A stretch of 64,000 nucleotides of DNA from Phyllosticta citribraziliensis. Its lineage: Eukaryota. The stretch covers positions 496,001-560,000 of the forward strand of contig NW_027117347.1 in assembly GCF_038025025.1 (NCBI RefSeq), written 5' to 3'. Below, piece by piece: positions 1-13,087 of this stretch. The position numbers and the translations under genes are program-made. Position 1 is the first letter of the stretch, and each line of letters opens with the position of its first letter. Below the pieces are notes generated by a model, which was not told the DNA's origin, ran no database searches, and saw nothing but the letters and a program-made list of their open reading frames with translations.

Positions 1-2880
1 GTCTGTTTTCCATCTCTATTTCCATCACTGGGTGTGGCCTGCCGGATCGGAATGGGGTGGGGTGGGCAAATGAGCAGGACGGATGATCGGATGGTGGGAT
101 GGATGATCAGAGGGGTGTATTATGACGAAACCCAGCATTTGTTTTTGTCATTGTCTTATGTAGCGATCTCTCTTCGTCTATCACGCTGTTCCTTTTTTCT
201 CGTCCACGTTCTCGTCTTTTGTTCTGGTCTTTTGCGTGTTTGGCATTTCCATGAGCGCTGGTCACTGGGATTGGCGTGGATCCGGAAGTGCTCTTCTCTC
301 TCCTCTTCGCCTTCTTTGATGCAATATATTGACCACTAATTCCTCAATCCCTTTTTCTGTTCGTCCCACCATTTTCCCTTCATCCATTTTGATTCTGTCA
401 CGCTGTCTGTAGTTGGTGGTCGTAGAGAGCGTCTCTTCGCTATAGCACTAGCTCGTCCAAAGCATAACGGACAAGACCGTCACATCTTCTCCATGCGTCT
501 CGCTCTGATTCGATTCGAGGTTTATCATCGTCTGCTTCTTCGCCGCGAGCTCTCCTGTCAGAGTCTACGCTAGGCGTGCCGTTGGGCAGGCGTCTTATGA
601 AATTCTTTCCCCAATCCAACACACACTGACGACAATCTGCTTTGGGCGACGGGACAACGTCATCGGCTATATGTGCATACTCCCTCTCCGTCACGCCTGT
701 CACGCCCTTCTCTTGTTTGATGCAGGGGTTTGTGGACTGGAATGCCAGAACTCCTTCCCCTCTCCTCCTATATCTCTCCTCCTCTCTTCTCTGATCTCCC
801 CTCCTCTCCTCTCCAAGTGCCCGCCCATCCGACCGCTCGCCCGGCCACACACATAACACATACATGAGAGCAAGCAAGGGCGCCTCGCCTCGCCTCGCCT
901 CGCCTCGCCTCAACCTCTCGCACACAAACAGGCAGACAGACGTGTAGTCGCATGAGTGGCTGGCTAGCTACTCCGATGGCACGCTAGCTCCGTGCATTAG
1001 CTATCTACCTACCTACCTACCTAACGACCACTGTAGCCCACTCTACTCCAGTCTAGTCTAGTCCACATCACAACGCCACGCCACCACTTGTCGCGCGGGT
1101 GGCTGGTCCGCTAGCGCGTCTGCGCACGCGCGCGCGGGCGTCGTGGCTTTATTGTTTATTGCGCCAGCGCCTTCTTTTTTTTTTTTGTTTCTTCTCCTTC
1201 TTCTGTACTCCCCCGTCCGTCAGTCTGTGATTGGGTTTGGTCCGGTCTGTGTTGTGTGGCGGCGGCTTTGTCTCAGGTACTTGCCTGCCTGCTTCTCGCT
1301 TCACTTTTCCCCCGTAGCTGCTGCGTGCCTGTGTGCCTTGCTTGATCGGTCGACTCTCGCACAGCAGGACGTATACACACGTGTTTCACAAGATCACGCG
1401 GGGGAAGGCGGGTCGGGTTGTTGGATCGATTGTTGTTCTTGTCGGTGGTTGCTTCCTCGGCTGTCTGTCTGTTTTTTGATGGCCCTGCGTGCATGCCTTA
1501 CTCTCTCTCTACGGACGTATGTATGTGTCAATGAGTAACGTCAAAGGAAGGGCAAGTGGATGGGCGGACACGTGGTTTTGTGCTGCTCCTATTCCTAGAT
1601 GATGTACAGGTCCTTGTGCACTGCAGGCACCTGACGTTGATGCAAGCGACGCCCTCCCGTCTCCAGACGAGCATCCATTCCCATGTGCACACTACGCATA
1701 TGCTGCACCTGCTGCTGCTGCTGCTGCTGCTCCTGCTATGCCAAACAGACGTACGTGGAGGATTCCCACGTCGCATGCCTCTACACACATTTGCTGACGC
1801 ACTGCCGGCTGTTCTGCTTGTTTGATCGCCAAGCGCGAGAAGAGAAAGCAAGTGAGAGAGTGGTGGACGCAAAAAAGTCAGGCCATGAGTCGGCAGCCTT
1901 GGTGCCCGCGAGACGCGGCATGGCGGCGCTGGGCACTCTGAGGAGCGGCTGGAATAGCAAAGCCGCCCAGGGAAGGGTGTGCGGTGTGTGGAGCACCTCC
2001 TTTCCGACAGCGAGGTCCGGAACGGAGCAAATCGACTTGTAGACTAGCGAGCGGGGGCCCATCTTTGCATCTGTGAGGTGAGGTGAGAAGAAGCAGGGGA
2101 GGAAGAGTAGAGGTGTGCGCGCGCCAGTACTTCATACGTTGTTAGGCTGGGTAGGTGGTGGTGGATTATTGGCTGGCTGGAATAATGGCTGGCGGTAGCG
2201 TGGGTGGCGCCCCGATCGACCGACTGTGGTCCTGGGTTGTATGTCAGGCGCCGGGGCGCCGGCTGGCGTCTATGTAGTTACCGCGTTGCTGGACTAGACT
2301 TGAGAGCAACGAGGGAGGAGCTGAACGGCCAAAGGGAAGAGAAGGAAAGTAAAAGCCGGGACTAGAACGGGAATGAAGGAGTGCGTGGGAGCGTGGATGG
2401 GCGGCATGGCGTGGGATGATGCTGTGGAATGGATGGTCTGCCCCAGGAGTACTCTGGGTACCCCCGTGATTGGCTTTGCACTTGGACTTGAGGGAAAACC
2501 CTCCATGTGGAGACTGTAAAAGACAATAAATGGTCAAGAAATATCGAAATGGCTGAGCATCACGCCAGAATATATATAGGTAGTATTTGGCAGGTTGATT
2601 TGCTGTGGAAATTCGACTTTTTAGTAACGGTTCGTGCAGTTACCTCAGCCCATTTTTTGGCCTCGAGGCATGAGCTGCATGCATGGAGGCCGTCAGACAT
2701 GCATATGCTGTACAAGCGGAGTTGGCTGCTGACAGGCTGCAAGACGGGACCCGTCGTGCTGGATCCGCCGGCGCACTCGGTTTGGAGTGAGCAGACGCCA
2801 AAGTCAGGTGACACTGCGCCGTAAGGATCTCCGCCTACCTTTCGTCGGCCCAAAGAGTCTCTCGTACGTAAAAATACCGT

Positions 2881-3687
2881 CTACTGCACGTCGTTGTTGT
2901 AAAATTCTATGATGGCATTGGCGACGGCCTCGGGGGCCTCGATGGCGTGCCAGTGGCCAACCTTGGGCAGGACCACCAGGCGCTTGGACTCGGCGCCGAG
3001 CTCTTCGTACATCCTCTTGGTCGACTCGAGGGGTGCGCTCTTGTCCTCTTCGCCGGCCAACAGAAGTGTTGGTACCTTGACGTGGGGGTAGGCGGGTGGG
3101 CGCGCAGCAGCAATGACTCGGCAGTTGGAGACGTAGCCAGCAGGGCTCTGTGCCAGCAGCAGCTCGCGGATCATGGCGCGGGCCAGGGACGACGCGCTTG
3201 CCGCCGTCGCTGCAGCAGGGATCGAGTTGGCCATGGCATCCATGGCATTCTCTGCTTCGACGGCAGCGATTCTCTTTTCGAAGACGGCGGTGACTTGCGA
3301 CGACGGGTAAACCGGGCCGATGAGAACAGCGGCGACGACTCGCTCAGCGTGTTCGGCGGCCAGGTGGGCAGCGACGATGCCCCCCATGCTATGACCAATG
3401 ACGACAGCACGCGGGATGGAGAGGTGGTCGAGGATCCCAAGGACGTCAGCGGCAAGAGTGTCGATGGATTGCTCGACCTGGGTGTAGGGCGAGCGGGCGG
3501 CGCCGGTCGTGTCGAAGGCGACTACGCGGAAGCCGGCGGCGGTGAGAGCGGGCACGAGGGGGATGTAGAAGTTTTGCGAGGAACCGAGGCCATGGTGGAG
3601 GATGAAGGTTTCGCGCGGGTGGGAGGAATCAGTGGGCGCAAAGTCGGTGTAGTGGAGGCGCTTGTAGCCGACGGCGAGCCAAGGCAT
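2881..3687 (-). CDS. Alpha/beta hydrolase (3-oxoadipate enol-lactonase-like), intronless, 268 aa
   Basis: HHGLG oxyanion motif, GHSMGG nucleophile elbow, GEED acid and GHWH catalytic His. Confidence 0.85.
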   Translation of the reverse strand: MPWLAVGYKRLHYTDFAPTDSSHPRETFILHHGLGSSQNFYIPLVPALTAAGFRVVAFDTTGAARSPYTQVEQSIDTLAADVLGILDHLSIPRAVVIGHSMGGIVAAHLAAEHAERVVAAVLIGPVYPSSQVTAVFEKRIAAVEAENAMDAMANSIPAAATAASASSLARAMIRELLLAQSPAGYVSNCRVIAAARPPAYPHVKVPTLLLAGEEDKSAPLESTKRMYEELGAESKRLVVLPKVGHWHAIEAPEAVANAIIEFYNNDVQ

Positions 3688-4964
3688 GGCGAGGACGAGG
3701 GCGAGGGAATGGAGGGCGAAGAGATTGGAGGTTGGATGGGTTGGAGTTCATGGCGGGCGTGGGGGTGTTTGTGTAGAGAATGAACGGCGTCGGTATGGGT
3801 GGCGTCATGGTGTTGCGGGGAGGTTAGGAGCCGGTGCAGTGCAGCTCCCGACGCCGGCGAGGTGGCTACCCGACGACCTGCGACCTGCGACCTGAGACCT
3901 GAGAGTCTCTTCCCCTTCCGTCGGCGTCGGCGTCTGTCTGTCTCCCTTATCAACACCCTCATCCAACAAAGTTGAATCAAACCTTGTCCTCCTGCAACAC
4001 AGCCCTCTCGTTCAGAGTTTGTCCACCACCGTCCTCTTGGTTGGCTGTCGCTGCCAGGTACCGGCTGCAGCCAAGCTGTCGCCCGTGTCTGGACTCAGGC
4101 GTCTGGTCTGGTCACTCGCCGCCCCGTCACGGCACGCCACGTCCCGCCTTTCCTTTTCCTCTCCCTCCGCTTCTGAATGACCCAAAGCAAGCCACCACGC
4201 GGCATCCACCACCACCTGCGCGCCCCCGATCTCGGCCGTGGCCTTGTCCATGACCACGATCAAGGTATTGCTCCTGCGAGGGGCTGATGGCAAGGCTGCT
4301 CATGTGTCAGTTTGTGGGACCCTGTCTTTCCTTTGCCATCTTCCTCGAGCTTGTCTTCCTTTTCCTTTGGCATGTGAAGTCCGTCCTCTTTGCTTCTTTT
4401 CTTCGACTTTGCCCTCAAAAAAAGAAACATTCTCCATCCAATCCCCGGCCCTTGACTCGTGCTCTCCACATCATACCCACCGCCCGCATTATTTGCCCGC
4501 GCCGTGCGCCTGTCTCCACATATTAGATAGCGGTGTAAGGGGATTTCCAAAAGAGCCATTCAGCCGTCCCCTTATGCTGCTCTCTCCTGCTCCCTACTGG
4601 CTCTTTTGTCCCTGGGTCCGATCATTCTCGTGGCCCATCGTTTGATTCTCGCACTCTTGCCTAGCCTACCACAGCATCGGTTTCCTCCGCACACCACTCT
4701 CTGTCACACCCGCTGCTGCGCCCGTCCACTTTCCTTTTTCCAAAGCTTATATACCGCCTACTCCTTCTCCCTCACCTACGCCCCTCCGTCCTCCCATTTC
4801 GTCGCACTCGCGGTTCAGCCCTACCTCCTGGTCGTAGTGCGCCGGCTCGCACTCGAGGACAACGTCGTTTCATTGTAAGACATGCTCACTGCGCCTTGGC
4901 TTGTTCCCCAATCTGATTGAGACGCCGATAGACCATGATACTATATTGACGACAAGCCTTCCTC

Positions 4965-6035
4965 ATGTCCGCCTCAGCAACTACCAAGAATGTCTCTTCT
5001 CCATCACCTCTACCCTATGCCGAGCCCATGAGCAGAACAGACAGCGGATTTGAAGAAAACATTCGCCGGTCGATGTCGAAAAGAAGCCTGGCAATCAAAA
5101 CCTCGTCCTTGGCTGCCGACGATGGCCACGACGGCGTGGGTCATGTCAGCGCCAAATCCCTCCAGCGCGAAGATTCAGTCCAGGATGATCTAAACGAACT
5201 CCCTCGGAGTCCCTCGACTTCTGACCAGCCCGCACTCCGGAAACGAAGGTCCAGACCAAGCTCCAAGCATTCGCGGTCAAGCCGGGAATCTTCAGCAACT
5301 CATCGACGACCCTCCTTGTCCATCAACCGCTACCGCAGCGCCCCAGATCGCGTCTTCACCCGGCAAGATATTGACGAGGTTTTGGCCCTGCACACACGCA
5401 GCTGTTACCTTTTCCAGTCGTTCTCGGTACCACCAAGTGCACCCCAGTCACCGGGACTTTCCTCAATCGGGTCCCGCTATAGCATCGACATCCCACGCGT
5501 CAACATTGACGCTACAGCTCCTGGCCAGCTCTCGCGGACGAGTCCGCAACAGTCCATCACACCGGAACTTGCCTCCTACCGCTCAGCTCCTTCCCCTGCT
5601 ACATCGACCTTTTCCCGACAATCCGGGGCTCCGTCTCCGATACTTCTACCGATCGACCCAGAAGAGGGCGACTTTGAACAAGAACCGTCCACCCCGACGA
5701 TTCCAGCAACAACAATGCACTGGACTTCCCCGTCGACCCGACGTCGCGAGTACGATGAAATCGACCGATCAACGCGCGGTTTCCGGGGTCTCGTGCGTCG
5801 CTTGACGCCCAAGTGCTTCAGCACACGGCATCTACAGCCATTCTATGACGAGAAGAAGGCGACACGCAGTGATGACGACACCGCAAGTGTTCGACGATAT
5901 CGCATTGATTTGCCCGATGAGGAAGGCGACGATGAAAAGAGGGGACACGAGATGTCAGTGAGGCCCAGTACGGCACCGGGCCGGTTTGGCAAGGGCATGC
6001 TGAGGGCCTGGGGATGTGGGTTGAAAGGGACGTGA
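4965..6035 (+). CDS. Hypothetical Ser/Pro/Arg-rich protein, 356 aa (start uncertain)
   Basis: Long open frame, largely low-complexity, with ordered-looking C-terminal motifs (HWTSPSTRRREYDEID, SVRRYRIDL); pyrimidine-rich upstream region. Confidence 0.7.
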   Translation: MSASATTKNVSSPSPLPYAEPMSRTDSGFEENIRRSMSKRSLAIKTSSLAADDGHDGVGHVSAKSLQREDSVQDDLNELPRSPSTSDQPALRKRRSRPSSKHSRSSRESSATHRRPSLSINRYRSAPDRVFTRQDIDEVLALHTRSCYLFQSFSVPPSAPQSPGLSSIGSRYSIDIPRVNIDATAPGQLSRTSPQQSITPELASYRSAPSPATSTFSRQSGAPSPILLPIDPEEGDFEQEPSTPTIPATTMHWTSPSTRRREYDEIDRSTRGFRGLVRRLTPKCFSTRHLQPFYDEKKATRSDDDTASVRRYRIDLPDEEGDDEKRGHEMSVRPSTAPGRFGKGMLRAWGCGLKGT

Positions 6036-8104
6036 GGCAAAAGGGGAGAAAGGGGGAACGAACGGACCACTGCGAAGAAAAAAACGACATCACTCGGCAA
6101 ACGAAGCGGAAGACTTTGCGCCCTGAAAATTGCCCATCACGACACTTGGCGAAAAGGAAAACCGGAAAATTTTAGCAAGGCAGAGGCACGACCCGACCAC
6201 GGACAGCGTCTGACGCCACGATCTACACACCAAAACTACGTGCGCACTGTTAATCATTTACCTCTTGTGCCCCTGCCTAGGGCCGCGACGCACAAGGGGG
6301 AGGTCATGGGACGAGGAGAAGCATTTATACCATCATCATCGTACACATCATCCTACGACACACATACGTCACATATTGCAGCGAGCTAGCGAGCGAGCGA
6401 GCCGGACAGGCGAGTCCAGGCGCGAGGCGTCAAGATACCCCCGAGCGAGAGAGCAGGAAGGAGCGCCATCAATTTTTGCTTTCGGATTACATATTTTTGG
6501 ACTTTTGACATTTAGTGTTGTTTTAATTTCGGAGACACATATACATATTATATGACAGCGAGCAGTCTGTTGTGTCGTAGATGGAAGAGGATGGGAGAAG
6601 AGTCTAGATGCTACATGCGTCTAGCAGCATTGATACCAGCGAACCAAGATACCAATGACCGCTCCTTGAGTTAATCGTCTTTTGAATCATGGTGATTACG
6701 CGCTTGCTCTTCAACTTCATTCCTTCTACCCCTTTCTTTCTCTGTCTATCTCTCTCCTGTGCCCCCCCTGCGGCACAGCATTTTCTCCTCCGCCGCAATC
6801 TAACTGCTCTCAGCTCGTCCTACCCACCTCACCCCCCACCACTGCCGTCACCCGATTAGGAGTCGTTCAATAGAACAAAACAATACTCTTGCCCGAGGCG
6901 TGGTGATGCCAAAGGTCAATCGCTCACGGTCGCGGTCCGCGAGCCGGGCGTTAGAGGGTTCCAGTCTCTCTGTGCTTCCAAAGCACACGCATCTCCGCGC
7001 TCCATTCTTTGGATCGTCGCGTGCACACCTCCCCAACTCAAGTCAACCCCTCCTACAAAACGAACATCCATCTCATCATGACAACAGCACCACAACGATG
7101 ATCGTCGTTCGTCGCCACCCAACCCCCCCACCTCCCACCACCACCGCCGCCGCCGCAGTGCAAAAACCCCTCACTCTGTGACTCCACTGTTCTACCACCC
7201 CCTGGGCCCTGCGTGCCTGCACTCCAGACGATCCGACCCTCCCTCTCCACAAATCTCAACCCTCGGCCCGTTGACCCGGCGGGTGGGTGGGTGCGCTGGA
7301 CCCTGACTGACGGCTGACATCACAGTCTGGCTTCGCCACGTGCTCGTGTGGATTTCTCCACCACGGGCTGTGTACATAGGTATCTCCCACACACAAAACG
7401 AGCGGGCGGAGCCAAATGGAGTGTCTGGGTTGCGCGTCTGCGATCGACAGGTGGGCAGGGCAGATGGGTACATAGGCAGACAGACAGAGCTGCGCCACCG
7501 CTCTTTGCCATCGCCACCCCGCACAAGTGCGTGTTTGCTGAGGTGCCGTCCGTCAAGATGTTCAAGTGCGGTGCGAACGTATGTACAGACGCATTGCTGC
7601 TCCGCGCGCGGCCCCGCGAACACGTCCACCCGCCCACCTGCCACGTGGTAGATGCGGCGCTCTGATCTCGGCGGTGTGCCGGAGCTGCTCTAAAGCTGGC
7701 CCTCTTCCACCGTACCGCGTCTCCATCCGCGGCGCGGGGCAGAGGTCATGTTGGCAAGGTAGTGACGAGGTGGTGGCGAGGCGGATTGGCAGCCAAAGAA
7801 GAGTGGCGCGGGAAAACCAGTACTCCTAGGAAGAGGAGGACGAGGGCACGCCGATTGAAGGTATCAGATATTGCTTGCCTGGTGAGTTAGTTGGTCGCGA
7901 CGACGCTTCCGCGCTCTCCTCTACTGTGGAATGCCGTTTGCACAGGCCTATTGCATCACCTGCCATAGCATCACCACTGCTGCCCGTCGCTTCGTTTGCG
8001 GTCTCGTAGCGTTGCGTTGTGCTCTTGTCTCCTGGAAGCACGCGCATAGGCCTTTTTCTGCTTTTCTCCTGCTTTTCTCCTGCTCTTCTTCTGCTTTTCC
8101 TCTA

Positions 8105-8170
8105 GTTTTCTTCTACTTTTCTTCTGGTTTTCTTCTGGTTTTCTTCTGGTTTTCTTCTGGTTTTCTTCTA
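8105..8170. repeat. Short degenerate tandem repeat (TTTTCTTCTGG-like units)
   Basis: About 5 imperfect 11-12 bp copies visible. Confidence 0.7.
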
Positions 8171-10599
8171 CTTTGATTACTATTTCTTTTTTTTTTTCTG
8201 TTCTTTGGTTTTATTTTCTTTCCTTTTGATTAACTATCCGGCCGCCAATCTGCCCCTTTTTTTACTTCTTGCGCCTCCGCTTATCTCTCTCTCTGTGTGT
8301 TGCATGTATGCAGTCAGTGTCGGCCTGATCCGCCTGATAGACCAATATGGCGGCTGTGGCTGGCCACGGACGGGTATTCGAGGAAACAAGAATGAAATCC
8401 TGTCAGAATCAGAAGACCCCGTGTCAGGGAAGCGGCCACCGATCGGAACGGGGCAGAAAAGTACGGCGACGACGGTGTTGGTGATGATGAGAATGCAGAT
8501 GACTTAGACCTTGAATGCGTCTGAGACATGGCAATCTCGTCGCTTTTGACAATCCTCTAGGCCATCTATGTCGTTAAAGCTGCACTGTTAGTTTCGGCTT
8601 GCTCTTGTTTTGCCGATTTGATAGGCCGAGAAGTACCTTGCTAGGTGAGATTGTCTAGTGGCTGTCGGTGGTATAGGATGGATGATAGATGGACTAGATA
8701 GAAGGAATAATGTGAACAAGTACAGACTAGCGCATTTAAGCAAGAGCGAAATAGGGCGCTGTCTTCCTTTAGTATGAGGAAACAGGAAAACTTTCCCTCA
8801 CGCCTCCTACACCGTTCAGAAAGGAGAGAAGAGGGGCATTAGCTGGTAGAAAAGTGCAGCGGTGATGTCCAGGATGCTTCTCAGCTGTCATCCGGCATAT
8901 GTACGACGATGGATGAGACTCTTAATGCTCTCAAAACAGCCGGAAGTAAGATACTTGGCCACTCTTTGCGTAGAAATGGAGCCATCCTTGGTCTTCGAGT
9001 TTGCAGGCTCAACAAATCTGCATCGTTGACCAAAACGCCTCGTAGTTTGACTTGAATGCCTTGCGTCCTAGGCAGTTCTCATGTCCTCCACCACCTTTGC
9101 TTGCCCGCTGTTGCCGCGATGGAACAGGCAAGAGTTGCAAAGCTGTACTCTGTGAGTTGTATGCCCATTCTGGATCGGCCAATCGCGGAAAACACATCTT
9201 TTTGATACCGATTCTTTTATAGCGCTCCGGCTCAGCCAAACATGGTGATCGGGCTGTGCCATAGGCACCTGGCCACTCAAAGTGACTGTAGGCGTATGAT
9301 TGCTTTCCTTCGCCGAAGCGGGAAAGCAAAACAAGAAGAGATGATGTTCGTGAACGAAAGAAGGAGACGTGATGTGGAAGGTGCAGAGAAAATGACTGAA
9401 TAAAGAGAAAGAAAACGCACTGATGGAGGCAATCAAGCACGCACTTCTCCACAACAGATCGTGCCAAAAGGAATGGCAGCTCCTAGATCCAGCCGCAGCG
9501 CCAGCAACCGCCATGTCCTCTGAGACCAACCATGCCATCTCCACAAGTCAACAAACCACGGGGCGCCAAACCTCGCCCAAAGCAGTGATATCGCCATTTT
9601 CAGCCTCCAAAAGGCCAAGCTCATCTTATCACGCAGCCAAGCCTCGCATGGACGACTTCCGCCGCGCACTGAGCACTCTCGACGCAGCTTCCGCCAGATC
9701 TGCAGCGGCAGCGGGCAAGATAAGGTGAGGCTCCTGCTCCAGCTCCAGCGCAGGAGCTAGATCTAGGTTCCTATCAGATAGCCGGACGGCGAACGAGCCA
9801 GCCTGGCGTCCGGGGCGACAAAGAAGAAAAAAACGTGGTATTTGAGCATGACTCGTGGGGCTTTTGGCGACGGCGAGATGAGGCGGAGAAGCTGGACGAC
9901 GGCAAGGCTCGGGCACGACGGTGAAACGGTCAAGAGCTGGAGTGGCGGAGGGATGTGTGCAGTGGGTGGTTGGAAAGCTGTGAATCGGACAGGCCAGATG
10001 GTGCAGGGAACGTCCCCGCGGCAGAGCAGTGAGGGCAGCGCGCCGACCTTCCTGTTCGAGTGGGGCGTGACGCAGAGCCCCGAAGCTTGGTCTAGCGCTT
10101 GTCTGTGCCATGGTCGCCGTAAAGCATTCGTGATTGGTTTGCATGTCGACTTGAGTTGTGGTTTCTAGTCGATGATGGTTAGCGGTGGGCGGTGGCCGCT
10201 CAAAATGGATCGAAGGAGCGACGGTTTTCTATTCTTCCCCGCATACAAAGACCGTGTGTCGTCTGTTTTTGGTGGATGGCCTGTTGCAAATGGTCATGGA
10301 TGAATTCCCGTGTTGTAGCTGTGGCCTTGCTAATCTGCGGGGCATTGGCGATAGGAATGGGTAATCGTATGTCGTTTCGACATGACGGGTTGACTTGTAG
10401 TGTGGCGTGGCGCGCTGCTCTGTTCCTTCGACGAAATCCATCAGTCAATAGCATCGCGATGTTGCATGTGCTATCGCATCAAGACTATCCAAACCCCCGG
10501 CAAGCGTGGGAAAAACCGAGACCACTTCCTGATCGGTCTCGCTTCCCTAACACCCCATATGTACGCACAACCCGGGGGCCTACCCGCACTCGCTTTTCC

Positions 10600-10876
10600 T
10601 TATCCGCCGCGCGCTGGTTTGGCCCGTTGCATTCGTCGCCACTACTGGCTCCGGAGGCTGTCCCTTTTGTATGTTCGCCAGTGCAGGAGGTCCCCACGAG
10701 TCGGATCAATCAAATGAGCGGCTATCCACCCTTATCGCCGACTCCACTGCTGGGGCGACTCCCGCCATGTGTCTGATCAACGGCTCGGCGCGCGCAGCTC
10801 TGATAAATTGTGTGTCTTCTCCGGTTGCGCAGTTGTACACGAGGCAGTGGGCGGCCCTCATTTCCTGGAACGATAA
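10600..10876. promoter_or_regulatory. Cluster of four GATAA elements upstream of the DAL5-like permease (putative AreA/NIT2 sites)
   Basis: TTATC 10600, TTATCG 10732, TGATAA 10801, CGATAA 10871, all within 450 bp of the ATG. Confidence 0.45.
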
Positions 10877-11041
10877 ACTTTCTTCGCGTCGTTGTACGAA
10901 CCTGCCCCTCGCCACTGGTCGACCTGCTATACCGGACTGCAGCGCACCGAGCAGATTTCAGTCGTCGACCTTCTCCGCCGTCCTGAAGACCCGTCCACCT
11001 CTTTGGAACACAATTGACTGAGACCGAGAGACTGCAGCGCA

Positions 11042-13087
11042 ATGGAGCAATCGACGGAGCAACCACGGCCAGCGACGGTGGGTGCTGACGAGAAGAACAT
11101 GTCGCACGGAGTGGTTGAAGAGTCGGTTGGCGGAAGTGTCGCAGGCGAGAAGGTGACGGGGAGAATATTGGACCACAGCCACAACGCAGATGCGGCCATG
11201 AAAGCGCTGGCCGAGTACGAGGGCCAAGTGTTGGAGCTTAACGAGGAGACGAACAAGCGACTGCTGCGCAAGATTGACAAGCACATCATGCCCGTAGGTT
11301 GAGGTCCAAGACGATGTTGACACTGGAAAGCTGACTGACTTTTCTCGTAGATTCTAGTAGGTCGAAATTCGAGTTTGGCCTTGACATTGAATGACTGACC
11401 GATTCCAAAGGCGTTGGTATACTGCATGAACTTTCTGGACAAGGTATGACTGAAAAACCAGCCGTGGAAGAACCATTTTTGCTAAATTGCGCAGACAACA
11501 ATCAGTTACGCTTCAATCATGGGGCTCAAGTTGCCACACGCCGAAGGTGGCATCAACATTACCTCAGACCAATACAGTTGGCTGGGTTCCATGTAAGGGA
11601 ATCCCGCATACCCGGACGAGCAGCTCAGTAACTTGGCAAGGTTTTATTTTGGTTACTTGGTGTGGGAGTGGCCGACAAGTCGCCTGCTCCAATACCTTCC
11701 ACTGGGCAAGTATTCGGCGTTCAACATCGTCATGTGGGGCATCGCCCTCACTTGCTTCGCCGCGGTCGATAACTTTGCTGGTGCCATGACCGTTCGCTTC
11801 TTCCTGGGTTTCTTCGAAGCGGCCGTGACGCCTGGTTTCGTGCTTTTCACTGCCATGTGGTACCGGAAGGAAGAGCAGGGCGTGCGGACTGGCATTTGGT
11901 TCAGCTTCAATGGTGTCGCACAGGTATAAATATCTCTTGCCAGCTCTTGGAGATCATTACTGATGGAGGTCTAGATCGTTGGCGGTTTGGTTGCGTACGG
12001 AATCGCTCGGGGGACTGACATCCACGGCTCCTCCATCGAGCCATGGAAGATCCTTTTCATCGTCACCGGCCTCTTCACCATCATCCTCGGGCTTGTCTTC
12101 TTCTTCATCATGCCAGACAACCAAATGAACTGTCGGTGGCTGTCTGAACAAGACAAGCTGTTGGCAATCGAGCGCATCCGCGTCAACCAGCAAGGTATCG
12201 GTAACAAGACGTTCAAGATGTATCAGTTCAAGGAAGCGTTGTTGGATCCGTTGACTTGGGCCTTCTTCTTCTACTCTCTGTTCAGCAGCATCACCAACGG
12301 TAAGCAAATCATGCCTGGGTCGCACATGGAACGCAGACTTACCTCAGCAGGCGGCATCACCAACTTCTTCTCCCTGCTCATCACCTCGTTCGGATATACA
12401 TCTGAGCAGTCGCTCCTGTATGGAACGCCAGCGGGCGCGGTCGAAATCGTTGCTTTGATCGGATGCGGCTACCTGGGAGATAAAATCGGGAGCCGACTCC
12501 TCATTTCGACGTCCGGTCTCCTCGCGTCAATCCTCGGCGTGGCCTTGATCATTGGTCTCCCCGAAAGTATGAATGTTGGGCGGTTGATTGGCTACTACCT
12601 GACAGGGTCTGCCGCGACATCATTTGTGGCACTGCTCTCGCTGCTCGGCACCAACGTGGCTGGCTACACCAAGAAGACGACCGTTGGAGCGCTGTATTTG
12701 ATCGGATACTGCGTGGGCAACATCATTGGACCCCAGACGTTTAGGGGCAACAGCTACGAGACCGCCGAGATCATCATCTTGGTCTGCTACTCGGTGGCAG
12801 TGCTGATTGTCGTCTTCATCTTCTTTTACTGCCGCTTGCAAAACAAGAAAAAGGCCGCCATCCGCGCAGCGCCGGATTACCAGAAGCTGGCGAACCAAGA
12901 GTGAGTGATCATCCCCGCCCTTCGTCCGGTGTTGTGTAGACAAGCTTTTGCTGACGGTCGTGGTACACAGGTGGCTTGATCTGAGTAAGTGTTATTTTTT
13001 CCCGACTGGCCATGTGCCGCCACGGGACGTGTTTACTAACTTATCGCAGCGGATAGAGAGAACCCTGAGTTTGTCTACGTCCTGTAG
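11042..13087 (+). CDS. MFS anion:cation symporter, allantoate/ureidosuccinate permease (DAL5-like), multi-exon
   Basis: LLRKIDKHIMP..YCMNFLDK, FFLGFFEAAVTPG, WYRKEEQGVRTGIW, NVAGYTKKTT, GNIIGPQTF, C-terminal DLTDRENPEFVYVL; GT-AG introns, e.g. 11294-11350, 11357-11410, 11444-11494. Confidence 0.9.

Noticed and set aside
1..2880. Many short ORFs and microsatellites ((GCCTC)n, (CTAC)n, (CTG)n)
   Set aside because: Low-complexity intergenic or UTR-like sequence with no recognisable protein motifs
2947..3783. 278-aa + strand ORF
   Set aside because: Antisense shadow of the GC-rich hydrolase gene; no motifs
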